From Felis catus (lineage: Eukaryota), in NCBI RefSeq assembly GCF_018350175.1, contig NC_058368.1:186001-250000 (forward strand): 64,000 nt of DNA. Direction: 5' to 3'. The notes under the pieces are model-generated. The model made no database searches, was not told where the DNA came from, and saw only the letters and a list, made by a program, of their open reading frames with translations. This document shows positions 49,641 through 64,000 of the stretch, piece after piece (the first letter of the stretch is position 1; every line of letters starts with the position of its first letter). Both the position numbers and the translations under genes were made by a program.

Positions 49641-52350
49641 TATTGTCAAATTGGTTTCCATACAACACCCAGTGTTTATCCCAACAGGTGTCCTCCTCCA
49701 TGCCCATCAACCACTTTCCCCTCTCCCCCACCCCCCATCAACCCTCAGTTTGTTCTCAGTATTTAAGAGTCTCTTATGGTTTGCCTCCTTCCCTCTCTGT
49801 AACTTTTCCCCCCTTCCTCCCCCACCCCACCCCAGTCTTCTGTTAAGTTTCTCGGGATCCACATAAGAGTGAAAACATATGATATCTGTCTTTCTCTGTA
49901 TGGCTTATTTCACTTAGCATAATACTCTCCAGTTCCATCCACATTGCTGCAAATGGCAAGATTTCATTCTTTCTCATTGCCAAGTAGTATTCCATAGTAT
50001 ATATAAACCACACCTTCTTTATCCATTCGTCAGTTGATGGACATTTAGGTTCTTTCCATAATTTGGCTATTGTTGAAAGTGCTGCTATAAACATTGGGGT
50101 ATAAGTGCCCCTATGCATCAGCACTCCTGTATTCCTTAGGTAAATTCCTAGCAGAGCTATTGCTGGGTCATAGGGTAGATCTATTTTTAATTTTTTGAGG
50201 AACCTCCACACTGTTTTCCAGAGTGGCTGCACCAGTTTGCATTCTCACCAACAGTGCAAGAGGGTTCCCATTTCTCCACATCCTCTCCAGCATCTATAGT
50301 CTCCTGATTTGTTCATTTTAGCCTCTCTGACTGGCATGACGTGGTATCTCAATGTGGTTTTGATTTGTATTTCCCTGATGAGGAGTGACATTGAGTATCC
50401 TTTCATGTGCCTGTTGGCCATCTGGATGTCTTCTTTAGAAAAGTGTCTATTCATGTCTTCTGCCCATTTCTTCACTGGATTATTTTTTTTTTGGGTGTGG
50501 AGTTTGGTGAGTTCTTTATAGATTTTGGATACTAGCCCTTTATCCAATATTTCATTTGCAAATATCTTTTCCCATCCCATCAGCTGCCTTTTAATTTACT
50601 TTGGTGTGCAGAAGTTTTTTATCTTCATGAGGTCCCAATAGTTCATTTTTGCTTTTAATTCCCTTGCTTTTGGAGATGTGTCAAGTAAGAAATTGCTGCA
50701 GCTGAGGTCAGAGAGGTTTTTTTTCCTGCTTTCTCCTCTAGGGTTTTGATTGTTTCCTGTCTCCCATTCTGGTTCTTCATCCATTTTGAGTTTATTTTTG
50801 TGTGTGGTGTCAGAAAGTGGTGTAGGTTCATCCTTCTGCATGTTGCTGTCCAGTTCTCCCAGCACCATTTGTTAAAGAGACTGTCTTTTTTCCATTGGAT
50901 ATTCCATCCTGCTTTGTCAAAGATTAGTTTGCCATACTTTTGTGGGTCCAATTCTGGAGTCTCTATTCTATTGCATTGGTCTATGTGTCTGTTTTTGTGC
51001 TAATACCATACTGTCTTGATGATTACAGCTTTGTAGTAGAGACTAAAGACTGGAATTGTGATGCCTCCAGCTTTGGTCTTCTTCTTCAATATTCCTTTGG
51101 TTATTCGGGGTCTTTTGTGGCTCCATACAAATTTTAGGATTGCTTGTTCTAGCCTGAAGAAGAATGCTGTGCAATTTTGATTGGGATTGCATTGAATGTG
51201 TATATAGCTTTGGATAGTATTGACATTTTAACAATATTTATTCTTCCAATCAAGAGCACAGAATGTTTTTCCATTTCTTTAAATCTTCTTCAATTTCCTT
51301 CATAAGCTTTCTATAGTTTTCAGCATACAGATCCTTTACATCTTTGGTTAGGTTTATTCCTAGGTATTTTATGCTTCTTGGTGCAATTGTGAATGGGATC
51401 AGTTTCTTTATTTGCCTTTCTGTTGCTTCATTATTGATGTATAAAAATTCAACTGATTTCTGTACATTAATTTTGTATCCTGTGAAGACATGGACACTTT
51501 TAAAAAGAAGACATCCAGATGACTAACAGACACATGAAAAGATGCTCAACATCACTTATCATCAGGGAAATACAGATCAAAACCATAATGAGGTACCACT
51601 TCACACCTTTCAGAATGGCTTAAAGGAACAACTCAGCAAACAACAGATATTGGCAAGGAGGCAGAGGAAGGGAAATACTTTTGCACTGTTGGTGGGAATG
51701 CAAATTGGTACAGCCACTATGGAAAACAGTATGGAGGTTCTTCTAAAAATTAAAAATAGAGCTACTCTATGACCTAGCACTTGCACTACTAGGAATTTAT
51801 CCAAAGGATACAAAAATGCTGATTCAAAGGGGCACATGCACCCCAGTTTATAGCAGCACTATCAATAATAGCCAAATTATGGAAAGAACCCAAATGTCCA
51901 TTGACTGCTGAATGGATAAAGAAGATGTGGCATATATATTCAATGGAATATTACTTGGTGATCAAAAAGAATGAATTTTTGCCATTTGCAACAAAGTGGA
52001 TGGAACTAGAATCTAAATAAGTCAGTCAAAGACAAATATCATATGATTTCACTCAAATGTGGAATTTTAGAAACAAAACATATGAACATAAGGGAAGAGA
52101 AGGAAAAATAAGATAAAAACAGAGAGAGAGGTATATCATTAGAGACTTCTAAATACAGGGAACACAATGAGGGTTGCTGGAGGGGTCTTGGTTGGGGGGA
52201 TGGGCTAAATGGGGGATGGGCATTAAGGAGGGTGCTTGTTGGGATGAGTGCTGAGTGTTATATGTAAATGATGAATTACTACATTCTATTCCTGAAACCA
52301 TTATTACACTATATGTTAACTAACTTGGATTTAAAGAAAATTTAAGAGAG

Positions 52351-52389
<39 letters not shown>

Positions 52390-52436
52390 AAAAAGAAAGA
52401 AAGAAAAAGGAAGGAAGGAAGGAAGGAAGGAAAGAA
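48514..52436 (+). mobile_element. 5'-truncated L1 (ORF2 3' part and 3'UTR, GAAA tail) interrupted by a SINE (~48787-48975) and an antisense L1
   Basis: ORF2 peptides at 48512-49560 resume at ~51500; probable TSD agaaagaagt (48504, 52437). Confidence 0.9.
49577..51484 (-). mobile_element. Younger antisense L1 nested in the preceding L1
   Basis: TSD aagacatggacactttta at 49559-49576 and 51485-51502; [25 protein letters not shown]. Confidence 0.93.
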
Positions 52437-52644
52437 AGAAAGAAGTCACAGCCTTTAGATGGGCCTGAATTTAAATCACATCTCAGTGTCTTAATAAAAG
52501 AATACCTTTGGGAAATTAGGTCTGTTATAGCTTCAATCTCCCTATCTATTGAGTTAATAATAACAGATACTTCACAGAATTATTGATGGGTCAGATGAAA
52601 TAATGTTCATACAATGTCTAGAAAAAATCAAGTCCCCAAGAAAT

Positions 52645-52830
52645 GGTCAGCAGCAGCATCACCACTATCATCATCACTATCATAATCACCATTACCGTTA
52701 CCACCATCATTATCATCATTACTATCATGATCACCATGACCATCACTACCATCACCACCATGATAATCACTTTCATTATCATCACCATCACCATCATTAC
52801 TATCATATAATTATCACCATCATCATCATG
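52645..52830. repeat. (CAT/CAC/TAT)n degenerate trinucleotide repeat
   Basis: Direct inspection; follows a MIR-like segment. Confidence 0.9.
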
Positions 52831-55800
52831 GCACTGTGACTTAAAATGATCAAGGTCCTTCTCTTATTTTCACTGTCACTCTCTGGCATCAGGGCCTAAC
52901 CATCAGGAACACCGAAAGAAGCTGGACTGACACTTACTAGGTCCACCAAGTTCAGAGGCTCATGATTCAATAGATCAGTTATCATAACAAAAAGTCATCC
53001 ATCCTAGAACCTCTGCCAAAAGTTCACCATTTCTCTCCCTATGTGTGGAGTGGGAGCCAGATCTCATTGCTGCTAACAATGAAGCCAGCAACTGAGAGAG
53101 ACTAAAAGGGAAATTGAAGATGCACTTAGCTGGCTGCCTACAGCCCCAGCTGCTCTCCTCTGGAATCTGGGAGAGGCCTGAGTGATAGACCAGGTCTGAG
53201 TTTCAGAAATAAAAGCCTGAAAATCTCCCTAGCTTTGAGGTTCTTATGGGAAAGCTGGTTGGGTTTTTTTGTTTTTGTTTTTGTTGTTTTTGTTTTTTGT
53301 TTTGTTTTGTTTTGTTTTTTCTATCTTGAGGCCTTGCTCCTTGGTGAAACCCCATAACCTTCATGTGTTCACACCTTGGTAGATGTGACTGACAAACTTG
53401 GTGTTAAGCCCCCTTTGCACTAATGCTGATTGAATTTAAATTGGCAATTGTTACCTGTAATAAGAGTTACACAAGTTCCTGGAAATTTTTTGTGAAGTAG
53501 AAGGAAATGGATGCACTGAGGTTCTTTTGGGAACAGTCAGCTTGGCTCAGTATAATAGACAGGGCCACACTGATCATCTGGGCAGAAATAAAGCCTTCTG
53601 TGGGGCTCACAGTGCAGACAGTATTTCTCCTGAATCATTATTCTTCACCAAGGATGCATTTTGGAGCATATTTCCAGAGAAGGCTGGGGTTGGGGCTTAT
53701 CTCAGGCTTCTGTCTGAGAACTGGAGACTGGGACAGGTGTGGGTATAGCTGACACAAAGGTGGCCCCAGACCAGATGGCTTGTCTAAGATGAAGGTGGGC
53801 AACATCAATCTGGGTTTGTGATTGAGGAGAACAGAAAGTGTCTCCGGTCAAGGTCAGGGAACTCAGCTTTCTTACAGGCCTGCATCTCACTGTGTGGACT
53901 TGGGCACATCTCCTCACCTCTCTGTGCCTTTATCCTCCAGGAAATAAGGAAGTTGGACCAGATTAGTAGTTCTTAAACTGCTCTTTGAGGTAAGCAGTTT
54001 GTACAGGGAGCCTCAGGGGCTGCCTATGGGACAAGCTGGAGAGAAAAGGGACCTCTGGATTCGCCCTGCCCCACCATCACCTCCCTTTAAACCAACCAGA
54101 GCTCTTATCTGCTCTGTTTGCTGGGCACCTGTATAAGGTTGAAAAATAAACTTTTGCAGTTAACAGAGACACTGTTGGGCACCTCTCACTTCTTTACCCT
54201 TTCTCAAGGACTTACGAGGTAGGTACCCACTACATGCCAGGTACTATGCTAAGCACCAGGGCCACAGAGGAGGAGAGTTCAACCAGGTCATTGCTCTCAT
54301 GGCCTTAGAGTCCACAGAGGAGAGACCAACAATCTGTGAACAAACAAGATAAACATCAATGGTACTTAGTGCAAGCAAGAGAATTAAAACAAGGCAGTGT
54401 GGGGAATCAGACAATAAAGAGGAAACACTTAAGCAGAAATCTGAAACAGTCCTTAAGTGTGTGAGGAACAGAAAGATGGCCTTGTGACTGGGCACAGGGA
54501 TGAGGGAAAGTCATACAACTGAGGCGGTATGGGTGGGCATGTCCAGTGCATGGATGGCTCTGAGTCCCTCTAAAATACGATAGCTTTTACAAATCAGCAA
54601 TTATAGGCAACATCACATCCGCCAAGATTACTGACCTCACAACACTTTAAACCTGAAGTACATCCTCCAAGGCCAAACCCGAGCTTCAGACACCTAGTCA
54701 CTAGTGTCCCTGTCCCTTGGAGGAGCCAGCTCTAGGTAAATAAAGGTGTATCATCATCCATGTCTGGATGGTTCCCCAGGGCCATGAGAACCACAGACAT
54801 TACCATGGGAAGAGAGCTGAGTCAGCATGGACTCTGGCTAACACAGACTGGCTTCTATCACTTATATAGTGGGCCACCTCAAGCAAGTCACTCTTCCTAC
54901 TGCACCCGTAAAATTCCACCTCTTACAGAGCTCCTGAAAAAGTAAATGAAAGCTGGCCCCACAGTAAGGCCACATAGTGCTAACTGGTTTATGATGATGG
55001 TGTTTGGAATTGCTACCTGAGGGCTAGTCTCATAACCTTTAAGCTAAGCTCTAAGGACATGTGCCAGGACTTTTACTCTTCTGCCCATTGTATGCTGCCA
55101 CAAAAACGTGAGTGCTCAATAAATTAAAACACAAATTAGTAATGCTGCTAAACATGTGTGTGCAGGCACTGCTCTGAAGATGCCTGAAACTCCGTTAGCT
55201 CTCCCACAATCCCAGGAAATATGTAGTCTTGTCACCTCAGTTTTAAAGATGAGGAAATTGAGACAGAAAAATAGTAAGTTATATGCAGGATCCTGCAGCT
55301 AGTAAGTCTCATGAGTGCATCAGAACCTGGCAATCTGGATCTTCTCAGAGGCCATCTGGAAGGACAGGAGAGCTGGACAAAGAACACAACCCTCCTGTCT
55401 TCCTCTGATGCACTCAGGGATGGCACGTTTCCCAGGGAACCTTGGTGGGGGGTGTACTGGATCTGGTCCTAGGCAGCTACAGAGGCCAGGTTACAGCAAT
55501 GTAGGTCACATGTTCCAGCCTAGAGAGGCTAGGATCTGGCACATTATCTGCACTCAGCCTTTACCTGTCACTGCTCCAGCATGCTGCAGCCTGGACTCTG
55601 GATGGCCCTGGCCCCTCTGCTAGGTGCCCTCAGTGCAGGTGAGCCAATAGCAAGATCAATGAAATAACAGCCATGACATCTGGGTTCATGCTGTGTGTTG
55701 GGACCTGGGCCTCTACCTGCATTCTCTGTTAGACCTCTTGTCAACTCTGCATACGTACAACTAACCTCGCTTTTCAAATGAGGACACTGGGGTTCAGAGA

Positions 55801-58800
55801 GTAAATCACTTGGCCAAGGGCATGCTGTCTGTAAGTATCAGGTCCAGGTATGAACCAGCGCCTGGCCTTCATCACTGCTGGGTCACTGACCTAAAGGAAG
55901 CATCTGGGGCACACACTGCTGGCCTTCCTCTTCTGGGTTTCTCTAACCTACACTCCTCTGTGTATGTGTGTGTGTGTCCCCTCCCTCCATCTGCATGTTT
56001 TCACTCTCTCCCTTACCCAAGTGAAGCTGCCTTTTGTACACAGCCTTTCCCCCCCAAGTTCTCAGTGATCACTCCCTTTCTTGTCCCCTCATCCTTATAC
56101 TCTGCCCCTTGTCTTGGCCCTGGAATCACATGCAGTCTGAGTGGTTTTGTATGTCCTAGTGGGTATTGTCTCTCTCTGAATTGTCTGCCTCTCTGGGCCT
56201 CATGTAAAGCAAGTACTTATAGTTGGCTTTGTCAAATGAAAATTATATAAATCTTATATAATCTTATAGCATACCTATAGCATACATAAATATATGCATT
56301 TATATATTTGTTTAATATATATTTAATATATAAATTCATTTATTGTTCACAATTTTTCATTTATTGTTTTCATTATTGTTTTTCATTTATTGTTCACAAT
56401 TCTCCGAGGTAGGTTTCATGCCCCAATAAAACATGATCAAACTGAGGTGGACAGAAGTTACCAACTGGTAGTGGGTGGAAGACCTGGGATCTGACCCAGG
56501 TCTGTCTGTCCCCAAAGCCTGTGGATTTCCCTTGAGAACCCGGAGTCTCTTGGGGTCACCCACAAGGATTTGCTGAGCAGTTCTGAGGTAAAGCTCATGC
56601 AGCTCTTCCTTGGGTCTACAGTGCATCAGTTTTCAGGGATAGAGGGTTGGCGTCCCAGCATTAAGGAGGGGCTGCATATCAGGCCTCATGAACTGCAAGG
56701 GGGCCCCAGACAGGAGCCCTGCCATACCATGACCCCTGCCTGTGCCAGCCCTTTCACCAGGGCCTCAGGGTGACTCTGGCCAGTCCTGTGATCTCTCTGA
56801 ATCCCCACTTCCCCACATGTAAATTGAGAGGGTTGACCAGATGAAATGTCAGCTCTATTATCTTATAATAATAGAGCCTCAGGGCACTTCAAGTGCCTGA
56901 AATTCTAGAAGGTAAGGGTGACAAAAAAGTCACTAGGCTTCATCAAAGCATCAGATTTCTGAGGCCTTGGGTGGGGGGCTCTCAGCCAACCTGGTGTCCC
57001 TGTTACATCTGTGCTTTTCTCTTCCTATGTCCCAGGTTGGCCATGTGTCCAAAAGAACTATCATCCTCAGCACCAGCCATGACACCCCATGTCCTCAGGG
57101 AAGACCCATCTGTTATGACAGTTTCTCAGTAATTGCAGACTTTTGTTCAAGTAACATCATCACAGGAGAAAGTCCAGAGCAGAAGGACTCTCTAGAGGCA
57201 AAAGGGGAGCAATGCCCTCACACCAAGCCTGTCGCTCCTCTCTTTTGCTTTTCACAGGGACAGCTGCCCTCTGTCACCGCAGTGGGGCCCTCTGCTACCT
57301 CCTGTGCCTCATTGCCTGCCTGCCAGGCCAGGACTCCATGGCTGGGAGCTGCCTGCAGTGCTCCAAGGACTTTCAGTAAGGAGTGGACACCCTCGTGCCC
57401 CAGGAAGAGAGGAGGGAAAGGGCAGGAAGGACAAAGCAGCAGGGCGAGTGGTTGGGAGAGACCAGGGCTTCCTTCTCCCTGGAAGAAAGTGGTCCTGTAC
57501 AGGTCCCTTCTATGGTGGCCCTGAGTGTGATGAGCTCCCAGGGGCATGAGTCCAGTAGCCTGGTGGTTGATCCCCTGGAGCCTGCCCAGGACACAGTCCC
57601 TGGATTTCTAACTTCAATCACAGCCAAGGTGCAGGATAGGTACCAGAAGACGTGGGCTCTAGACAGGCACTGTTTCTCTCCTGCCCTATGACCTGGTGAA
57701 TCCTCACTTGGGAAGTGGGGCTGGCCATCATATGATCTATCTTCCCACATTCACTGTTAGCAGCTCTGGCTGCTTGCAGCTTCTCCTCAGACCAGATGGC
57801 AGCAGACCCAAATGTACCAAGGCCAGGTGTGAAGGGCCTCAATGCCATCTGCACTGCCATTAAGGCCCAACTGCTCCCTGGCTCCCAAACCTGCAGGGCC
57901 TCTCCTCAGTTGCTCAGATTCCTTTGGCTTTTGCAGCTACCATGGTGGCAGGACAGCTCAGCAGCCGTGCCTCACCAGAATCTGCAGCCGGCTCCCAAGA
58001 CTCAGAGAAAGCAAAGACTACCAGGTGACCCCGGGGGAAGGGCAGCTCCTTGTCTCAACCATTCCTGTGGGAGGGGGCATGGTGGTTATCAAGAAGTCCC
58101 CAGAAGAGGCTAAATTTCTCAGGATCAAAACAAACATGTCAAAAGTAAGATGGTGATGCTCTCCTTGGGGAGACACCCAACACTCCTTGCTCGCTTCTGA
58201 CCCAGTGCCCGGGGACTTGCTTAGCCAGTTCAATACAAAAACAAATATAACACACCTCTACTGTGGGGATTAAATGAGATGATACCTGTGAAGTGCTGGG
58301 AGGTTCAGAGTCACTGCTTCCATGTGACATGCAATTAACATAGAAACTTTGGAGCTGGGGCACAAATGCCCACAGCAGCCACATTGCACCTCACTCACTT
58401 AGTGGGTGTCAACCAGGCACCTACTGTGTGTACCACTGGGTAGAGGACAAGAGTCAAGGCAGACCTCTGTCCCCTGAGAACTGAATCATAGCAACAACTA
58501 CAGCTCAAGAAGTTTAGCTCTGGAGCTGCAGCATCCACCAAAAGTTAGACAAGGAGTACTTGAAAACCTCCCTTCAACCATGGATCACAATAATTAATTC
58601 CGCCTCACCATGACATATGGAGGTAATGTTGGTGGTAATTTTCTTTTACAGAGAAAATTGGAGGGGCAGAAAAGTTAGGGGATCTGTAAAGACCCTTGGC
58701 AAAGTAAGCACCTGAACTGAGATCCCAACTCTCAACAGCCTCCAGGTACAGGTGTTAGTCATGACCTACCTGCCTTCTCAACTTGTGTTTCCTTGTGTTC

Positions 58801-59204
58801 TCTCAGTGTTACCTGCCCAGGCAAGAGCCAAAAGCAAAGCACACTGCCCATGTCTTCTGCCCTCTGGGCTACTTCTTCATAGACAGAGTCCTTAGCTGCC
58901 AGCCTCGCCCCACAGGTAGGTGAGAATGGGCTGGGGCCCTGATGCCACTGGGGAAGGACTGGCACAGGATGGGATCGAAGGGTTTTCTGCTTGAACTACA
59001 TCCCCTGGAAGCCCAGGTGGTCTCTGAGGGACAAAGTCTGGCTACTCCTGGGCCCCGAACATGCACTCATATGGCTTGGGGAGAGTGAAATGAGGCAACA
59101 CAGAAGGAAGGAAGTTTGCAGAGTGGTGAGGAGCATGGACTTTGGAAGACAGTTCAAGTACTAACTCTGTTCCTTACTAGATGTATGATCTTGGCAGAGT
59201 TTTA

Positions 59205-59717
59205 CAGTTCTTAATGTACAGCATCTGCACAGTTTGTTAAACTTATCCCTAAGTATTTCATGTTTTGGGATGCTATTATAAAAGGAATCGTATCTTTTAT
59301 TTCAATTTCCAAGTGTTGGTAGCTAGTTTTTTTTTTTTCAATTTGCTTTCTATTTGTGACAAAATACATGTAACATAAAATTTAGCATCTTAACTGGTTT
59401 TTAGTGTTCAGCTTAGTGGTATTAAATACATTCATAATGTTGTCCAACTATCACCACCATCCATCTACATAGCTCTTTTCATTTTGTAAAATTGAAGCTC
59501 TATACTGATTAAACAATAATCCCCATTCCCCTGTACCCCTAGCCCTTGGCAACCACCATTCTACTTTCTGTCTCTATGATTTTGACTACTGTAAGTATCT
59601 CATGTAAGTGGAATCATACCGTATTTGCTTTTTGTGTGACTGGCTTATTTTACTTAGCATAGCATTTCCAGGGTTCATCCATGGTATACCGTTAGGTCAG
59701 AATTTCCTTCTTTTAAA

Positions 59718-59765
<48 letters not shown>

Positions 59766-61350
59766 ACATTTTGATTTTTCATTCTATTGATGGACACTTG
59801 AGTTGCTCTAGCATTTTCGCTACTGTGAATAATGCTATGAACATGGGTGTACAGATATGTCTTTGGGACCCCAGCTAGTATTGACTTTTTTTATATTGGC
59901 CTTGCATCCTTCAATCTTACCTGCTTCATTTATTTGTTAGAGTAACTATTTTGTGTGTAGATTTCATAATATTTTCTCTTCATGCAATATTTTATCTTTG
60001 AATAAAGACTTTTTAACTTCTATCTTTTCAAGCCACATGCCTTTTTATTACCTTTTCTTGTCTTATCATGCGGTCTATGAATTCTAGTACTAGTTTGAAT
60101 AGAATTGGACATCTTTTCTCTGTTCTAAATCTTAATTGGATTGAGGAAATCCTCTTCTATTTCTAGTTTTCTGAGAGTTGTTATCATGGATGGGTATTTA
60201 ATCTTGTCCTGTCTTTTTCTGCACTGATTGAGATGAGCATATGGTTTTTCTCCTTTGTTCTGATAAGATGATGAGTATCATTGTTTTTTGAATATTAAAT
60301 TAACCTTGCATTCCCGAGATAAACTCCACATAGCTCTGATATTTTATCCTTTCTACCTATGATTGAATTTGATTTGCTGATATTTTGTAAGAATTTTTGC
60401 ATCTATGTTCATGAGAGATATTAGTCTGTATTTTTCTTTTCTGATTTTTGTCTGGATTTGATATCAAAGTAATACTAGCCTTATAAAATTAACTTCCAGT
60501 TAGTACCTACTCCTCTATTTTATGAACGAGTTTATGTAGATTTGGTATGAGTTATTTCTTAAGTGTTGTATAGAACTCAGTAAAGCCACAGGGCCTAGAG
60601 TTTTCTTAATGGAAAGGTCTTTAATTACAAATTCAAAATTTTAATAAATTTAAGGCTATTCAGATTTTCTGTTTCTCATTGTGACAATTTGGTAATTTAA
60701 GTCTTTCATGGAATTTATCTGTTTATGTTGTAGACTTATTGTCATAGAGTTTTTCATACTATCCCCTTACTAACCTTTTAACATATCATCTGCAATGATT
60801 CTGTTTCATTCCTAATATTGGTACTTTGTGTTCTTTCTTTTTCTTTTTTTATTGATTGGTCTAGTTAGAGCTTTATAAATTTTATTTATCTTTTCAAATA
60901 ACTAGGTTTTGGTTTTATTGATTTTCTTTATTTTTCTATTTCATTGATTATCATATCCTTCCTTTTACTTGCTTTGATTTTAATGATATCCTTTTTCCAG
61001 CTTCCTAAGGTAAAAACAGATAATTGATTTTCCACCTTTATTGTTTTCTGATATAAGCATTTAGTTTACAGGCATTTAAACCTAAAATTTGTATCTATGC
61101 ACTGCTTTAGCTATATCTCACGAATTTTATGATGTGGGGTTTTTATTATCATTAAAGTTAAAAAGTTTTCTAATTTCCTTCTGATATTTTCTGACCAGAA
61201 GATTATTTAGAAGTGTGTTGTTTAATTTACAAATATTTGGGGCTTTTTTAGATGTCTTACAAATTTCTATTTTAATTCCATAGTAGTCAGAAAACATACT
61301 CTCTGATATTTCAATCTTTTGAAATCTATTGAGACCTTTCTTATGGTCAT
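59205..61350 (-). mobile_element. Old L1 ORF2 fragment with a nested L1 3' end (~59330-59872), splitting a MIR
   Basis: Antisense L1 motifs; agctagt flanks the nested piece; MIR halves at ~59110-59200 and ~61350-61500. Confidence 0.7.
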
Positions 61351-61904
61351 ATGTATGAGTCTGGGAAGGTTATTTAAGTTTTCCTTAAACCTCTCTTTCC
61401 TTATTTCTAAAAATGGAGTTGATAATAATGGTGACTAAATATGCCTGCTAAGTAAAGTCATATGTAGAAAGTTCTAAGTAAAGACTCAGTAAATGGTAGC
61501 CACCATACTCAGAAACAAGTTGTTCCTCACATGAGCGGTGGGGACTCTGGCACCTCATCTCAGAGACAAGAGCTCTGTCACTGCCCAACTGGCGCTGCTG
61601 CTCATCAGTAAGGAGGCTCCTCTGGTTGGCCACATACACATGCAGTCCCCTGTTCTCCCTCCCTATCCAGCTTCTGAATGTTCTACAAGCCCCATAATTG
61701 CCTGAGTTCTTAGTGGGAGCAAGAAAGGCAGACAGAGCAAGCAGGGGAGAGGCCTGTGTGGGGCCATACTTCATTCCAGAACCCATAAATGTCAAGTGGA
61801 AAGGGATAGAGAGGTCTTCTTGTCCAGCTACCTACCCATCCCACCGCTAACTCCTGCAATCCTTTTGTCTCCCATCCACAAAGACATTTAGGATTGAAAT
61901 GAGC

Positions 61905-61959
<55 letters not shown>

Positions 61960-64000
61960 CTCAGAGGACCCTATCCCACTCAGCTGTGCACAGATGATGC
62001 TATCACTGTGCAAGGGTGATTTGGAGTGACAAAGAACATGAGACATAGAGGGGGCCTGAGGGAAAAGAAGATAGGGAGAAATAGCGTACACAAGAGAGTG
62101 CCAAGGCCCCAACAACCAGGCCTCCCAGAGTGGGGAGGCCAGAACAAGGGAACCAGGTGCTGGATCCAAGGTGGATCCCTACTCCCATCAGCAGCGTGCA
62201 CAGGGCCACAAGACAAGTGGGGTTCTAAAGATCAAGAAGGGAGTATCTCAAGGCATACATCATTTTTACTTTTGTTAACTTTAAGACTGTATACGGTTTT
62301 GTTTTCAGCAGTATTTCCCTCCTTAATTTTCTTCAGGTTGAAAATGAAGTGTATTTGTATTTCCAGGGCACTGGCCAAAGGACAGCAGTGGAAGAGGAAT
62401 GGAGGGAGAGCCCCTGCACCTGCGGGCAGAAGGTAAACAAGGCTGACACTGAGGGTGCTGACACCTGCGTGAGCAGGAGTGGTTTCTCATCTTTATCCCT
62501 TCCCCTCTGTAAGGATACTGCCCCTACCTCAAGGTCACCCAGCCTCTTATCCACCTGCTCTTTGATGTATATTTTGGGGCAGGGCCAGGCTGTGGGGGAG
62601 CCCACTGAATTCATGGGACACTTAGGAGACAGAGCCACTCCCAGGGGAACTAAGAGGGCTTGCCCATCCATCAATGTGAAGCAGCCTAGGGAAACACATG
62701 GCTGGACTAGAGGCAGGCAAGGACCTCAGTGAAGTGTCTGGCTGCCTGGAGAGGGACCATAGATTGCACTGCAGTGACAAGAGGACTAGAAAGGCACAGT
62801 GGGAAAAGGAAAACAGCTGACATGGACCTCTTGCCAGCCCTCCGCCCACCCATGTTCTGCCTCACACACTCTTCTTGAGCACCTGCACGTACCAGCCACT
62901 GGGCCAGTGTTAGGGTCCCTGGAGCTCACTGTTAGAAGACAGACAGACACAGGAACCCCCTAAACTACAGTGTGGAGAGTATTGAATCAAAGTAAGGACA
63001 AAGCCATCGAAGCTCAGACAAAGGTACTGGCAGTCTTCTTGGCAAGGGACCCAGGAGGCTTCTTGGAGGAATAGACATGGGAGTCAGGCCCAGAAAGTGC
63101 ACAGGCTCAGTCAGTCAGTCACGGAGGGCAGGGAGAACCCTTCAAGCAGAGGAAGTAGCTTTTTGGAGAAGCAGAGAGCAGAGACTTTGCTGCTCTGATC
63201 TTCTCCCTGGCAGTGATGCCACCCCAGGGCTCTGGGCTATAGATTGCCACAGAGGCCAGCCTTGGGCCCCCGACTCACCACCCTAAGGCCTGCAGACTCC
63301 TCCCATGATGAGGCCCTGAGTCCTGGTGGGACCCACCCATATGGCTTCCCTTCACAGGCCACTTCTGCCCAGATGGTGCCATCACCATGCCATGCCTGGC
63401 CAGGACCTTTGAAAGCAGGAGGGAGACACCCCACCCCAACACCAGCTTCTGCTTAGCAGGTCAGTTCTGAATTTTGTCTGCTGTTTGTACGATGGGAAGA
63501 GTGAGTTGCTGACTTTGCTGATTAGGTGCTCATCCAAAGTCTACCATACATACTTCATGATGCTGACTATAGCCAGCAGCATCTCCAGGCCCTGGTAGAG
63601 GTGAACACCAGGAAAGCCCCACTCAGGATGCAGCAGGCCCCATCAGGCTACCAGGTCTGGGAGCCCCATGTTGTCTTTGCTCAGCTGGGAAAATCAGGAC
63701 ATGTGCAGGAAGTTCAAGGCAGCCCAAATTGTTCAACATAGAGTTTAAAGACAGAGAGGTCATGTGGCTGGGAACCACTCGCACTGAGCACATGGAGAAA
63801 AGAAACGAACAGTTTAAAAGTGAAGAATGAAAGTGCTGGTAGGCACAAGGGAGGAGTGGTCAGGAGCCCAGACAGAGAACACCATGTGGGAATTGGGACA
63901 CATCCAGATCTGCTATTGATGGACAATCAGTAGGTTCCTTGACCTCTCTAAGCCTCAGTAGTAATATTTGCCTTATAAGGCTTCTGTGGGCATCAGACAA

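Noticed and set aside
52603..52839. His-rich 78-aa ORF and its antisense Met/Val/Ile-rich ORF
   Set aside because: Product of a CAT/CAC trinucleotide repeat next to a MIR; no gene context.

Overview
Mammalian genomic DNA, almost certainly from a felid: it is full of carnivore tRNA-derived CAN-SINEs and carnivore-type L1s. The only recognisable multi-exon gene is PTPN18 (BDP1/PTP-HSCF), + strand, ~6.3-20.6 kb, and all 15 exons can be read by hand. Exons 1-12 (PTP domain and linker) are inactivated: ATG->CTG, a 5-bp frameshift duplication, two destroyed splice acceptors and several stops, including one replacing the catalytic Arg of HCSAGCGR. Exons 13-15 are clean. They begin in their own CpG island, have a strong-Kozak ATG and intact splice sites, and encode a 105-aa phosphatase-less tail with three Tyr motifs and the CTH (PSTPIP-binding) motif. 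This candidate enzyme-to-adaptor remnant is the main finding. The rest is mostly repeats: nested L1s, SINEs, a MER21-like LTR, MER58/MER5, MIRs, a 43-bp CpG minisatellite and degenerate CAGAC arrays on both sides of PTPN18. There is also a 3' EIF3F retrocopy fused to an L1 5'UTR/ORF1 start and a full-length PLEKHB2 retrocopy with TSDs. Protein identities rest on my recollection of the human sequences; no searches were run, and repeat subfamily names and boundaries are approximate.
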